Shown here one piece after another: positions 1 through 9,787 of a DNA stretch of 64,000 nucleotides. The stretch is from Anaerolineae bacterium (GTDB lineage: Bacteria > Chloroflexota > Anaerolineae > SpSt-600): positions 35,613 through 99,612 of the forward strand of contig JANXAG010000003.1 of the NCBI GenBank assembly GCA_025062375.1. The letters are read 5' to 3'. Within the stretch, counting starts at the first letter, position 1; every line of letters begins with the position of its first letter. The notes beneath the pieces were generated by a model. It was given only the letters and a program-made list of their open reading frames with translations, ran no database searches and had not been told where the DNA came from. The position numbers were made by a program, and so were the translations under genes.

Positions 1-173
1 AAGGCGAACGGCTGCTGGATAAACTGAAACTGGCTCTGCCTCCTGACCTCCCCCCCGGCCTCTACAGATTGATAGCTGGGATGTATGACCCTGATTCCGG
101 TAAAAGGGTCCCAGTGATTAAGGGAGATGTGGCTCTGGACCACGTGGTTCTCGGGTTGATGGAATTGCCCTGA
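1..173 (+). CDS. C-terminal fragment (N-terminus outside the window) of a GT39/DUF2723-like membrane glycosyltransferase paralog
   Basis: Frame 3 reads open from the window edge to TGA at 171-173 (..LALPPDLPPGLYRLIAGMYDPDSGKRVPVIKGDVALDHVVLGLMELP). The PG-Y-L-G-YD-SG-R pattern matches the C-terminal domain of the 42775-44565 protein. Confidence 0.4.
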   Translation, partial: GERLLDKLKLALPPDLPPGLYRLIAGMYDPDSGKRVPVIKGDVALDHVVLGLMELP

Positions 174-279
174 GATAACGCCTCAAAGTTTTTCCTTTGT
201 GGTTGTGGCCACAAGCGCCCAACTTGGAAGTCCGGGCACTTTTGATGTGGAACTACCATGGTTTTTCTTCTGTCCCAGG

Positions 280-317
280 CCCCTCAATTTGCCTAAACTT
301 GCCTGGCGTGCTATAAT
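280..317 (+). promoter_or_regulatory. sigma70-like promoter of the btu-like operon (-10 TATAAT at 312-317, weak -35 near 287-292)
   Basis: TATAAT hexamer with a TTTGCC-like -35 about 18 nt upstream, immediately 5' of the riboswitch aptamer. Confidence 0.35.
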
Positions 318-339
318 GCCTTTGCACCTTACCAGTTGA

Positions 340-535
340 ATAGGCGGCGAGGTGAGCCTGACCGAAAGGCAGGCCTTAAAAGGGGAAGTCCGGTGATCTA
401 ACCTGAAGCCCCGTCAGGTTAGAGAGGCCGGCGCTGTGCCGCAACTGTAATCCTGTCCGGGGGTACGCAAAAGGCCGGGGCTTTTTAAGCCGCACCCTGC
501 GGACAGGAGAGCCAGGATACCTGCCTCGTCGCAAG
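340..535 (+). ncRNA. cobalamin (AdoCbl) riboswitch aptamer
   Basis: Conserved core aaaaGGGGAAgtcCGGTGAtctaaCC..GCCGCAACTGTAA (B12 box) around 385-460. Candidate P1 pairs gcggcgagg (344-352) with cctcgtcgc (524-532). It sits directly upstream of a B12/siderophore-type ABC importer. Confidence 0.7.
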
Positions 536-658
536 GGCTCCGTTAACTTTTCCATGAAGAGCGTTTTCGGGGCCCGGTTCCAGGAACCTGCGAGCACAGG
601 GGAATGGAATGATGAGTTCCCCCTTGTCTGTAGCGCAGGCAAGGGGTTTTTAGTTTCT

Positions 659-685
659 GCCCCCCAGCCAGCAGGGGGGCTTTTT
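659..685 (+). terminator. intrinsic terminator; likely riboswitch expression platform
   Basis: gCCCCCC(659-665)-agccagca-GGGGGGc(674-680) followed by TTTTT (681-685), ending 19 nt before the AAGGAGG RBS (704-710) of the first transporter gene. Confidence 0.7.
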
Positions 686-716
686 GTTTGATCAAACCTG
701 AGCAAGGAGGTGCTCT

Positions 717-1691
717 ATGAGGCGATTAATATCCGTAGCAACCATAATCCTGACCATCATCGCTTTCCTTATGGCGGGATGCCAACCGGCACCCACACCC
801 ACTCCCACTCCTCCGCCTCCAACTCCAACCTTCACCCCTGTGCCTCCGACACCCACCCCGACCCCCTCGCCTTACCCCATGACTGTAACGGATCCGGCCG
901 GCCGTCAAGTTACCATCAAAGCCGAGCCTAAAGCCATCGTCTCCCTGGCCCCTTCTATAACCGAGATTCTGTACGCTCTTGGGCTTGAGGATAAAGTAGT
1001 GGGGGTAACTGAATTCTGCAATTATCCGCCCGAAGCTCAGGCCAAACCAAAGGTTGGAGGCTTTGCCGACGTTAGCATTGAGAAGCTTCTGGCCCTGAAC
1101 CCCGATCTGGTGCTGGTCTCCAGCATCCATATCGCCCAAGTCCTTCCCGAGCTGGAAAAGCTCGGCCTTACAGCAGCGGTGATAGATGCCCACGACCTGC
1201 CTCAGGTTCTTGATAGCATTTTGCTCGTGGGAAAAATGACCGGCAGGGAAAAAGAAGCAGAAGCCCTTGTGGCCGAAATGCGGAAGAGAATGGACGCTGT
1301 GACTAAAGCAGTGGAAGGAAGGAAGAGGCCCAAGGTCTTCTGGGAGCTATCCAGCGACCTTTGGACGGTAGGGCCGGGCTCCTTCGTCCACGACCTCATC
1401 GTGAGGGCTGGAGGTGAAAATATCGCCACAGGCCAGCCTTACCTGCAGCTTACCAGCGAGGCCATAATCTCCGCAGACCCGGAGGTCATAATCTTGGCCG
1501 ATCATCCTTACGGGGAAACGGCCGAAACCGTGGCCAAGCGTCCGGGCTGGAACAAGATAACGGCTGTGAAGGAGGGACGCATCGTTGAGCTAACCCAGGA
1601 ACAGACAGACATCGTTTCAAGGCCGGGTCCCAGGGTTATAGACGCCCTGGAGCTCATAGCCAGGACGTTACATCCAGATGCTTTCCGTTAG
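717..1691 (+). CDS. btuF: ABC transporter periplasmic substrate-binding lipoprotein, BtuF/FecB (cobalamin/siderophore) family
   Basis: Lipoprotein signal with lipobox LMAGC, a Pro/Thr-rich linker, then a class III SBP fold. RBS AAGGAGG precedes the start. Sits downstream of the B12 riboswitch. Confidence 0.8.
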   Translation: MRRLISVATIILTIIAFLMAGCQPAPTPTPTPPPPTPTFTPVPPTPTPTPSPYPMTVTDPAGRQVTIKAEPKAIVSLAPSITEILYALGLEDKVVGVTEFCNYPPEAQAKPKVGGFADVSIEKLLALNPDLVLVSSIHIAQVLPELEKLGLTAAVIDAHDLPQVLDSILLVGKMTGREKEAEALVAEMRKRMDAVTKAVEGRKRPKVFWELSSDLWTVGPGSFVHDLIVRAGGENIATGQPYLQLTSEAIISADPEVIILADHPYGETAETVAKRPGWNKITAVKEGRIVELTQEQTDIVSRPGPRVIDALELIARTLHPDAFR

Positions 1692-2718
1692 GCTGAGCTT
1701 AAGGAAGCGGCGATGGCTCTCCTTGGCTGTCGCCGCTTTCTTCCTAATAATCGTCGGGTTGCTGGCTACAACCTGGGGTGCTGCTGGCATCCCCGTCTCG
1801 GCGGTGGTGAGAATACTGATGGGCGCCAGTGTGGAGCCAGCGACCTGGGAGACCATAATATTTCAAATTCGCATTCCCCGGATCGTGCTTGGGGGGATTG
1901 TGGGAATGACTCTGGCCATAGCCGGAGCTGTCTACCAGGCTATTTTCCGCAATCCCCTGGCTGACCCTTACCTCCTCGGGGTTTCTTCAGGGGCATCCTT
2001 TGGGGCAGCGGTGGCCATTTATTTTGTCTGGCGTTTCTCCTGGGGAGGATTGAATGCCGTATCCATAGCGGCCTTCGGGGGAGCTTTGCTGGCCACCGCC
2101 ACCATCTATTCATTAGCCAGAGTGGGAGGCAAGGCCCCTGTAACAACCCTTATCCTGGCAGGTGTGGCTATAGGAGCTCTGCTCTCATCAGCCACTACCT
2201 TCCTCATGTTTACTACTCGCGAGGCCTTCCACACCATTAACCTTTTAGGCTGGCTGATGGGAAGCCTGGCTCTGGCTGACTGGACCCGGGTTAAAACCGC
2301 AGCCACCTATATAGCTATAGCCTTAAGCGTCATCGCCTATTATTCTTACACCCTGAATGTCCTCCAACTGGATGAAGACCAGGCCATGGCTTTAGGGGTG
2401 GAAGTGGAAAGGGTCAAGTTTATCATTATAGCTGCCGCTTCCCTGGCCACAGCTGCTGCCGTCTCCGTTAGCGGGGTTATCGGCTTCCTTGGGATAATAA
2501 TCCCTCACACGGTGAGAATTCTGTGGGGTTCCGATTACCGCTTTCTTTTACCCATGAGCGGAATTTTGGGAGGCCTTTGCCTCATCTTGGCTGATGGTTT
2601 TATCCGTCTGCTCTTTGCCCCCAGAGAACTGCCCATTGGAGTGGTGACAGCTTTCTTAGGAGCTCCTTTTTTCATTTATCTATTGCGCCGCTATAAGAAG
2701 GAGGTTTTTCCATTTTAA
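1678..2718 (+). CDS. btuC: FecCD/BtuC-family ABC transporter permease
   Basis: 346 aa, about 9 TM helices, typical FecCD motifs (GLLATTWGAAG, ..LLGVSSGASFGAA..). Overlaps the upstream gene by 14 nt. Confidence 0.85.
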   Translation: MLSVRLSLRKRRWLSLAVAAFFLIIVGLLATTWGAAGIPVSAVVRILMGASVEPATWETIIFQIRIPRIVLGGIVGMTLAIAGAVYQAIFRNPLADPYLLGVSSGASFGAAVAIYFVWRFSWGGLNAVSIAAFGGALLATATIYSLARVGGKAPVTTLILAGVAIGALLSSATTFLMFTTREAFHTINLLGWLMGSLALADWTRVKTAATYIAIALSVIAYYSYTLNVLQLDEDQAMALGVEVERVKFIIIAAASLATAAAVSVSGVIGFLGIIIPHTVRILWGSDYRFLLPMSGILGGLCLILADGFIRLLFAPRELPIGVVTAFLGAPFFIYLLRRYKKEVFPF

Positions 2719-2730
2719 GGGAGGGAGGAC

Positions 2731-3516
2731 ATGTTACCGCTGGTGGTCAGAGGAGTTCATTTCAGTTACGATGGTAGACCGGTGCTCAGAGGGGTTAGCT
2801 TAAGCGTTGCTGGAGGAGAGGTGGTAAGCCTCATAGGCCCTAACGGGGCTGGAAAATCCACCCTGATCAAGCTCATAGCTGGCATTCTGTCACCACAAAA
2901 GGGGGAGATTGAGGTTCTGGGTTGTCCCCTGCGAAGGTGGAAAAGAAAGAGCCTCGCCCGAGTAATAGCCCTTGTCCCCCAGGGAGCTTACATACCGCCT
3001 ACTTTTTCCGTTTGGGAAAGCATCTATCTGGGCCGAACGCCTTACCTTAATTTCCCGGGAATCGCCAGAGACAGGGATATTAAAGCCATTGAGAGAGCCA
3101 TGCGCTGGGTAAAAGTAGAGCATTTGAAGGACAACCTAGTGGGGGAACTGTCGGGTGGGGAACGCCAGAGGGTGATATTAGCCAGGGCGCTGGCGCAGGA
3201 ACCGAAGATCCTGCTTCTCGATGAACCAACAGCTCATCTGGATATACACCATCAGGTATCAATCCTAAAGTTTATCCGAAAACTTGCCCGTGAAGAGGGC
3301 CTGGCGGTTTTAGCCGTGCTTCATGACCTCAACCTGGCCTCTTCTTTTTCCGATAGAATTGTCCTTATGGCGGGGGGAGAAGTTCTGGCCCAGGGGGCTC
3401 CGGAGGAAGTTATAAAGTGGGAGAGGCTCCGAGAAGTTTACGGCACTGGCATTATAGTGATGCCAAGGCCCGATGATTCCCGCCGCCCTGCAGTGCTCCC
3501 GGAATTTTCCCTTTAA
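2731..3516 (+). CDS. btuD: ABC transporter ATP-binding protein (BtuD/FecE family)
   Basis: Walker A GPNGAGKST, signature LSGGERQRV, Walker B LLLDEP. Confidence 0.9.
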   Translation: MLPLVVRGVHFSYDGRPVLRGVSLSVAGGEVVSLIGPNGAGKSTLIKLIAGILSPQKGEIEVLGCPLRRWKRKSLARVIALVPQGAYIPPTFSVWESIYLGRTPYLNFPGIARDRDIKAIERAMRWVKVEHLKDNLVGELSGGERQRVILARALAQEPKILLLDEPTAHLDIHHQVSILKFIRKLAREEGLAVLAVLHDLNLASSFSDRIVLMAGGEVLAQGAPEEVIKWERLREVYGTGIIVMPRPDDSRRPAVLPEFSL

Positions 3517-3542
3517 TGGCTGACCTTCTTCTGGCTAAAACA

Positions 3543-3574
3543 AAAAGCCGGGGGTCTTCCTGTCCCCCGGTTTT
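3543..3574. terminator. bidirectional intrinsic terminator between convergent btuD and nuoN
   Basis: aaaaaGCCGGGGG-tcttcctgt-CCCCCGG-tttt. A-run and T-run flank the hairpin, so it can terminate on both strands. Confidence 0.6.
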
Positions 3575-5045
3575 AGAAAAGGGCAGAGCCCAGGATATGA
3601 ACGGCTTCGGTTCCTACGGAGATGAAGGGGTGTGGGTAAAGGCCTATGATGAAAACCATTACCAGGCTTACCACCACAGCCCATCTGAGGGAACTGCTCA
3701 CCGAAATTGGACTTTCGTCCCCGGGCCTGAAGAACATTTGCTTGACCACATTTAGATAATAGAAAGCTGAAATCACGCTGTTTATTATCCCCACAAGAGC
3801 CAGGATGTAAAACTGCATCTGAATAGCAGCACCAAAGACGAAAAACTTCCCCACGAACCCTCCGGTCCCCGGTATGCCGATGAGAGATAGCAGAAAGATG
3901 ATCATGGCGCCTGCCAGAAGAGGGTCGCGCTTTATAAGGCCGGCATAATCGGCGATGCGGTTGGAACCAATAGCTCTTTCCACCGCTATCACTACGGCGA
4001 AAGCACCGAGGTTAGTGAAAAGATAGGCCATGAGGTAAATGAGCACCCCGTTCAGCCCGGTGAAATTGCTGGCCACTCCGCTCACCATGCATACGATACC
4101 CATGAGGATGTAGCCGGCGTGAGCGATGCTGGAATAAGCCATCATTCTCTTTATGTTTTCCTGACGAAGGGCTATCAGGTTCCCCAGGGTCATGGTCACC
4201 ATAGAAATTCCCGCCAGGAGGGCAGTCCAATCCGGCTGGAAATCGGCGAGGGCGGTGATGAAAACCCTCATGAGCACTGCCAGGCCAGCAGCCTTGGGCC
4301 CCACCGAAAGGAAAGCTGTCACTGGAGTGGGGGCTCCCTCGTATGTGTCAGGGGACCACTGATGGAATGGGACGAGGGCGATTTTGAAGCCAAATCCTGC
4401 CAGAAGAAGGATCATGGCGGGAAAGGCCAGCCATCCTCCTACCTCGCTTTTCTTTAAGGCCGGCCCTATTTCAGTCAGATACAGCGTTCCCGTGACCCCG
4501 TAGAGAAGCGACATGCCGTAAAGCATCAGAGCCGAGGCTGTAATTCCGTAGAGGAAGTACTTTATAGCCGCTTCGCTGGACTTGCCTTCCTCCCGCAGGT
4601 ACCCCACCAGGATATAGGAGGTGAGGCTGAGGAACTCAAAGGCCAGGTAAAGCATGAGCAGGTTTACGGAGCCTACCACCAGCAATATGGCCAAAGTTAC
4701 CAGGAGAAAGAAGGCGTAGAATTCTCCCCGGTAAGGGGTGTGGCCCTCCAGATAGCGGTAAGAAGAAAGGAGGACAAGCCCCGTGCCTACCAGAACAAGC
4801 CCTTTGAAGAAGAGAGCAAACCTGTCGGAAGCCAGCATACCAAATAGAGGGGAGGCGGAAACTTTCCCGAAAAGGAGGAGCAAGAGGAAGGAAAGAGCTG
4901 TGAAAGCCACAGCCAGGCTCAAAATTACCGCTTCTTTCCTTTCTTCTGCCCTTCTCCAGGCCATATCCAGGGCCAGAAGGGTCAGCCCTCCCAGGAAAAG
5001 GGCCAATTCCGGAGCAAAGGCTGAAAGAATGTCCATGACGCTCAA
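3573..5045 (-). CDS. nuoN: NADH-quinone oxidoreductase subunit N
   Basis: 490 aa polytopic antiporter-like subunit at the 3' end of the nuo operon. Confidence 0.85.
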   Translation of the reverse strand: MSVMDILSAFAPELALFLGGLTLLALDMAWRRAEERKEAVILSLAVAFTALSFLLLLLFGKVSASPLFGMLASDRFALFFKGLVLVGTGLVLLSSYRYLEGHTPYRGEFYAFFLLVTLAILLVVGSVNLLMLYLAFEFLSLTSYILVGYLREEGKSSEAAIKYFLYGITASALMLYGMSLLYGVTGTLYLTEIGPALKKSEVGGWLAFPAMILLLAGFGFKIALVPFHQWSPDTYEGAPTPVTAFLSVGPKAAGLAVLMRVFITALADFQPDWTALLAGISMVTMTLGNLIALRQENIKRMMAYSSIAHAGYILMGIVCMVSGVASNFTGLNGVLIYLMAYLFTNLGAFAVVIAVERAIGSNRIADYAGLIKRDPLLAGAMIIFLLSLIGIPGTGGFVGKFFVFGAAIQMQFYILALVGIINSVISAFYYLNVVKQMFFRPGDESPISVSSSLRWAVVVSLVMVFIIGLYPHPFISVGTEAVHILGSALF

Positions 5046-5058
5046 GGCTGACCTCCTT

Positions 5059-6570
5059 TTACAGTTTGCCCATGAGAGCTGTTGTAGCCGTGTTAATTAT
5101 GTTGAGCAGAGGTGCGGGATACAGCCCGAATCCCACCATGAAGAGCAAAAGCGGCCACATGGTTACTTTCTCAAAGGCTTCCATATCGGTTAGGTAGCCC
5201 CACTTTTCCTCGTTGAAAGGTCCCAGGAACATAAACTGCACTACTTTCCAGAGGATGTATCCAGCCGTGGCTACTACGCCGATAACTCCAAAAGCGGCAA
5301 TGTACGGGATAATATGGAAAGCGCCCCTGAAGACCAGGAATTCTCCCCAGAACCCGGCCAAACCGGGAAGACCGAGGGAAGCCAGACCAGTAATCATAAC
5401 CACCGCATAGTAATAGGGGAGCTTGGCTCCGAGACCTCCGAAAACCTGAAGGTCTCTGGTGTGAGCTCGCTCGTAAATCATGCCCACCAGGAAGAAGAGC
5501 CCCCCAGTGATGATACCATGGTTGAACATTTGCATTGTGGCACCGTTCAAGGCAATGGCTGCGCTCTCCTTGAATGAAGGGTGGTTGAAGTTGAGGCTGG
5601 CAGCCGCCGCTGCAATCCCCAGAACCACGTAGCCCATGTGAGCTACCGATGAATAGGCGATGAGGCGTTTGAGATCCCACTGAGCCATGCACACGAAAGC
5701 CCCGTAGACTATGCTTATAAGCCCGAGGATAGCCACGATGGGAGCATAGAACCTGAAAGGTTCGGGGAAAATGGGGAGGACTATCCGGAGGAGGCCGTAA
5801 CAACCCAGCTTCAGCAGTATTCCGGCCAGGATAACGCTGCCGGCGGTGGGAGCTTCAGTGTGAGCATCGGGCAACCAGGTGTGGAAGGGGAAGCTCGGGA
5901 CCTTTATGGCAAAGGCGACAAAGAAAGCCCAGAATGCCAGGCTGGCCAGAGTGAAATTGTCAGCGAAGGGGTGAACTTCCGCTGCCTTGAGGATATCAAA
6001 GCTCCCGGTGGTGAAGTAAATTCCCAGAATGGCCAGGAGCATAAAAACGCTGCCGGCCAGAGTGTAGAGGAAAAACTTTATGGCTGCATACTCACGGTAC
6101 TTACCACCCCAAACTCCGATAAGGAGATACATTGGCACGAGGCCTATCTCCCAGAAGACGTAAAAGAGGACAAAGTCCAGAGCCACAAAAACGCCATTCA
6201 TGCCGGTCTGAAGCAGGAGGAAGAGGAAGTAATACTCCTTGACTCGTTCATGGATGGTGTAGGCAGAGTAAAAGTAGCCCAGGGTTGAAAGGAGAGAGGT
6301 GAGAAAGAGCATTGGGACGCTTATCCCATCAACGCCCACGTGATACCAGACATTGATAGCGGGTATCCAGCGGTAGCGCTCCACGAACTGGATTCCGCCC
6401 TCGCTCTGGTTATAAGCAATCCAGAGATAGGTTGAAAGGGCCAGAGGTATGAGGCTCACTGCGATGGCGAACCACCTTATGAGGTTGACCCTCTCCTTGG
6501 GGAAGAAAAGGATGATCAACGCTCCAAGGGCTGGGATAAAAGTTATAGCTGAGAGAATCGGGAACTCCAT
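5059..6570 (-). CDS. nuoM: NADH-quinone oxidoreductase subunit M
   Basis: 503 aa antiporter-like subunit, operon position. Confidence 0.85.
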   Translation of the reverse strand: MEFPILSAITFIPALGALIILFFPKERVNLIRWFAIAVSLIPLALSTYLWIAYNQSEGGIQFVERYRWIPAINVWYHVGVDGISVPMLFLTSLLSTLGYFYSAYTIHERVKEYYFLFLLLQTGMNGVFVALDFVLFYVFWEIGLVPMYLLIGVWGGKYREYAAIKFFLYTLAGSVFMLLAILGIYFTTGSFDILKAAEVHPFADNFTLASLAFWAFFVAFAIKVPSFPFHTWLPDAHTEAPTAGSVILAGILLKLGCYGLLRIVLPIFPEPFRFYAPIVAILGLISIVYGAFVCMAQWDLKRLIAYSSVAHMGYVVLGIAAAAASLNFNHPSFKESAAIALNGATMQMFNHGIITGGLFFLVGMIYERAHTRDLQVFGGLGAKLPYYYAVVMITGLASLGLPGLAGFWGEFLVFRGAFHIIPYIAAFGVIGVVATAGYILWKVVQFMFLGPFNEEKWGYLTDMEAFEKVTMWPLLLFMVGFGLYPAPLLNIINTATTALMGKL

Positions 6571-6602
6571 TTCTCAAGCCTCCTCTTTACAAGATTTCGG
6601 CT

Positions 6603-8657
6603 TCATCTGACCATGTATAGTCCAATGAGCATCAGCACGGTAAGGACTGCTACCAGAAGGTAGTTTTGAGCTTTGCCAGTCTGGGTAAGGCGCAGAACAC
6701 CACCGAAGGCTGAGGTAATTATCCCCAAGCCGTTGACAATCCCATCTACAACCTTAACGTCAAAGAGCCCACCTATTTCGGAAAGCTTCCGGCCTAGTTT
6801 TCCAACCCCATCCACAATGGGGTCAATGATCCAGCGGTCATCGAACTTAAAGGAGATTTCCGAAAGCCAGAGAGCGAAGCGCACAACAGTGGCCTGATAG
6901 AGTTCGTCAATGTAATACTTGTTCTTGAGGACAGTGTAGATGGGGCCCAGGGAGATGGAAAGGGGATCGGGCTGGCCAGCCTTGAGGGGCTCACGCCCGT
7001 AGACCACCCAGGAAAGAGCGAGGCCTGAAAGGCCCATGAGCACCGAAAGGCCCATAACCCCCAGGTTGAGAGGGGCAGCCGGGAATTCTTTTCCTACCAG
7101 GTGATGGAATGGGTTGTTGAGAGCAGGGCCGAGGATCGGGAAATCGTGAGGAACTCCAATGAATCCCAGGAAAGTGGAGAAGATTGCAAGGATTATAAGG
7201 GGCACAGTCATGACCCATGGGGTTTCGTGAGCCTCTTCAGCGTGGTGGCTGCGGGGCTCACCAGCAAAGGTGAGGAAAACCTGGCGGCCCATGTAAAAAG
7301 CCGTTAGGAAAGCCGCCAGAGTCCCCAAAATCCACACAAACCCGGGCCAGGATAAGAACCCTTCTTTGGAAGCGTGATAAAAAGCATGTCCGATGATTTC
7401 ATCTTTGCTCCAGAACCCTGCCCAGGGAGGGATTCCCGCCAGAGCCAGAGTTCCTGCAAGGAAGGTCCAGAAGGTTATGGGCATCCGTCTGCGGAGCCCT
7501 CCCATCTTCATCATGTCCATTTCGTGATGGGTGCCGATGATCACAGAGCCGGAGCCCAAGAACAGCAAAGCTTTGAAGAAAGCGTGCGTTACCAGGTGGA
7601 ATACGGCAGCTACATAAGCTCCAACTCCAAGGGCAGCGATCATATAACCAAGCTGGCTTATGGTGGAATAGGCCAGCACTCTTTTTATATCGTTCTGAGC
7701 GATGGCTATGGTAGAGGCGAAGAAGGCCGTGAAGGCTCCGATAAAGGCTACGAGTCCCAGCTGAGGCCCGTGCTCCACCACGGAAAAGAGGGGGAAAGAA
7801 CGGGCGACGAGGTAAACCCCCGCAGCTACCATGGTAGCAGCGTGGATTAAAGCGCTCACAGGGGTAGGACCTTCCATGGCATCGGGGAGCCAGACGTGGA
7901 GGGGGAACTGAGCGCTTTTGCCCACCGCTCCACCGAAAAGCAGTATCGCTATAACTGTGGCGACAGGGAGTTCACCCACAAGCGGCAGGGTCACTGTAGA
8001 GTGGGCGAGCTCTTCCAGGACTTTGGGCTTGAAAATTTCGGAGAAAGTCAAAGAGCCAGTGCGGGAGTAAAAGTAGATAATTCCCAGAAGCATCATAACA
8101 TCGCCGATGCGGGTGGTGATAAAGGCTTTGAGACCTGCCCGCATAGCTGAAGGCTTCTCAAACCAGAAGCCAATGAGTAAATACGAACAAAGGCCCATAA
8201 CCTCCCAGAAAATCATGAGCATAAGGAGGTTATCCGCGAGAACCATCCCTAACATTCCGCAAGCGAAAAGAGAGATATAGGCGAAATAGCGAGAGTAACG
8301 GGGATCACCGTGCATGTAGCCCACTGAGTAAATGAAGATAAGAAGGCAAACGAAAGGCACCATGAAGAGCATAGCCAGAGTGAGGGGGTCCACCATTACG
8401 CCCATCTTGAACCAGGTGGGGCCAGTAGGGAACCAATTCCAGCTCATATGAAAAGCTTTTTCACCCGTGCCTACGTGGTGCTTTATCCCTTCGTAGAGGG
8501 CACCCCAGGAAAGTATCCATGCCAGAGCGATGCTTCCTATAGCTACGGAATGACTGAGCTTCTTGCTGGGGTTGGTGAAAAGCACTATTATCCAGAAAGA
8601 AGCCAGGGGCAGAAGAGGTATCAGCCAAACCAGCTTAAGGAAGAAGATCCCCTCCAT
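6603..8657 (-). CDS. nuoL: NADH-quinone oxidoreductase subunit L
   Basis: 684 aa antiporter-like subunit with a long C-terminal extension. Confidence 0.85.
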   Translation of the reverse strand: MEGIFFLKLVWLIPLLPLASFWIIVLFTNPSKKLSHSVAIGSIALAWILSWGALYEGIKHHVGTGEKAFHMSWNWFPTGPTWFKMGVMVDPLTLAMLFMVPFVCLLIFIYSVGYMHGDPRYSRYFAYISLFACGMLGMVLADNLLMLMIFWEVMGLCSYLLIGFWFEKPSAMRAGLKAFITTRIGDVMMLLGIIYFYSRTGSLTFSEIFKPKVLEELAHSTVTLPLVGELPVATVIAILLFGGAVGKSAQFPLHVWLPDAMEGPTPVSALIHAATMVAAGVYLVARSFPLFSVVEHGPQLGLVAFIGAFTAFFASTIAIAQNDIKRVLAYSTISQLGYMIAALGVGAYVAAVFHLVTHAFFKALLFLGSGSVIIGTHHEMDMMKMGGLRRRMPITFWTFLAGTLALAGIPPWAGFWSKDEIIGHAFYHASKEGFLSWPGFVWILGTLAAFLTAFYMGRQVFLTFAGEPRSHHAEEAHETPWVMTVPLIILAIFSTFLGFIGVPHDFPILGPALNNPFHHLVGKEFPAAPLNLGVMGLSVLMGLSGLALSWVVYGREPLKAGQPDPLSISLGPIYTVLKNKYYIDELYQATVVRFALWLSEISFKFDDRWIIDPIVDGVGKLGRKLSEIGGLFDVKVVDGIVNGLGIITSAFGGVLRLTQTGKAQNYLLVAVLTVLMLIGLYMVR

Positions 8658-8969
8658 TCACTGCCTCCTTAAGAAGGTGCTTATGGATTCCCCAAAGGCT
8701 TCAAAATCACCTGTGTTTTCCCGGACAAAATTAAGAAAGGGGCGAAAGCGCACCATCCTCACCAGGCCCCTGGCCAGGGTTTCGCCCGTGCACTCCATAT
8801 TATTGGTTGGAGCCCGATACGCCACCCTGGCAAAGGGGAAGCAAAGGTCCATCTCATAACCGAAGGCATTCAGGATCTTGGCCCGGTCCAGGTCGTTGAA
8901 GGAACCGTGGATATAGGCGAAAATGCTCTTTTCCTCTGGCTTCAGAAATTCCTTAAGCCTGGTGCGCAT
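8658..8969 (-). CDS. hypothetical 103-aa soluble protein embedded in the nuo operon between nuoK and nuoL
   Basis: ORF packed with 1-2 nt spacing to both neighbours, which suggests translational coupling. No recognisable family (MRTRLKEFLKPEEKSIFAYIHGSFNDLDRAKILNAFGYEMDL...). Confidence 0.5.
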   Translation of the reverse strand: MRTRLKEFLKPEEKSIFAYIHGSFNDLDRAKILNAFGYEMDLCFPFARVAYRAPTNNMECTGETLARGLVRMVRFRPFLNFVRENTGDFEAFGESISTFLRRQ

Positions 8970-8970
8970 C

Positions 8971-9279
8971 TTACCCCCGCATAAGGTCCACTTCTTCCAC
9001 GTTCACGGTATCGCGGTTGCGGTAAATGGAAATAATTATGGCTAAGCCTACCGCCGCTTCGGCAGCGGCCACCGCTATAACGAAAATGGCAAACACAAGG
9101 CCTGAAAGGTCGGAGGGATTAATGTAGCGCCAGAAAGCTACAAGGTTGAGGTTGACGGCATTAAGCATGAGTTCCACGCCCATCAGGATTCCTATAGCGT
9201 TACGGCGGGCCAGCACCCCGTAAAGGCCGATACAGAAAAGAGCTGCTGCCACTAAAAGATACCAGCTAAGAGGAATCAT
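8971..9279 (-). CDS. nuoK: NADH-quinone oxidoreductase subunit K
   Basis: 102 aa, 3 TM, typical NuoK N-terminus. Confidence 0.85.
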   Translation of the reverse strand: MIPLSWYLLVAAALFCIGLYGVLARRNAIGILMGVELMLNAVNLNLVAFWRYINPSDLSGLVFAIFVIAVAAAEAAVGLAIIISIYRNRDTVNVEEVDLMRG

Positions 9280-9282
9280 CGC

Positions 9283-9771
9283 TCACCTCTCCCGGGCAAT
9301 AATTATGGCTCCGATAAGGGCCGCCATTAGCAGTATTGAAACCACCTCAAAGGGGACAAGGTATTCCCCAACAAAGGAGGCTCCGAGGTTCTCTATCAAG
9401 TTCTGAGGCACAGCCACCGCTCTGACCGGCCAGGGGACGCGCACTATCATGGCCAGAAGGATCAGGAAAAGAAAGCCAGCGGCCAGCGCCGCAATCCACC
9501 ACTGGTCGTTAAAGGCCCTTGCCTTTGGATCCATGAGATGCCTTGTTAACATTATCGCAAACAGGATGAGGAGAGCGATGGCTCCTACGTAGATGAGAAT
9601 CTGAATGGCCGCCAGAAATTCAGCTTCCAGAAGGATGTAGAGGCCAGCTACCCCTACGAAGGAGAGGACGAGGGCCAGAGCGCTGTGGAAAAGCCTCCTG
9701 GTGGTAACCACCAGTAAAGCTCCGACTATGGCGATCAGGCTAAAGAGGAAAAAAGCGATCTGCATTCCCAT
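9283..9771 (-). CDS. nuoJ: NADH-quinone oxidoreductase subunit J
   Basis: 162 aa membrane subunit. Confidence 0.8.
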   Translation of the reverse strand: MGMQIAFFLFSLIAIVGALLVVTTRRLFHSALALVLSFVGVAGLYILLEAEFLAAIQILIYVGAIALLILFAIMLTRHLMDPKARAFNDQWWIAALAAGFLFLILLAMIVRVPWPVRAVAVPQNLIENLGASFVGEYLVPFEVVSILLMAALIGAIIIARER

Positions 9772-9787
9772 AGCTTTACCCCCGAAG

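Noticed and set aside
376-705. 109-aa minus-strand ORF upstream of btuF
   Set aside because: It coincides with the cobalamin riboswitch and its terminator. Those RNA-structure GC runs create open frames.
726-1193. 155-aa minus-strand ORF and similar antisense ORFs (for example 5171-5803, 22572-23501, 27867-28679, 12985-13271)
   Set aside because: They are fully antisense to well-supported conserved genes and are typical GC-rich shadow ORFs.
3516-3755. 79-aa + strand ORF after btuD
   Set aside because: It overlaps the bidirectional terminator and the 3' end of nuoN, and has no RBS.
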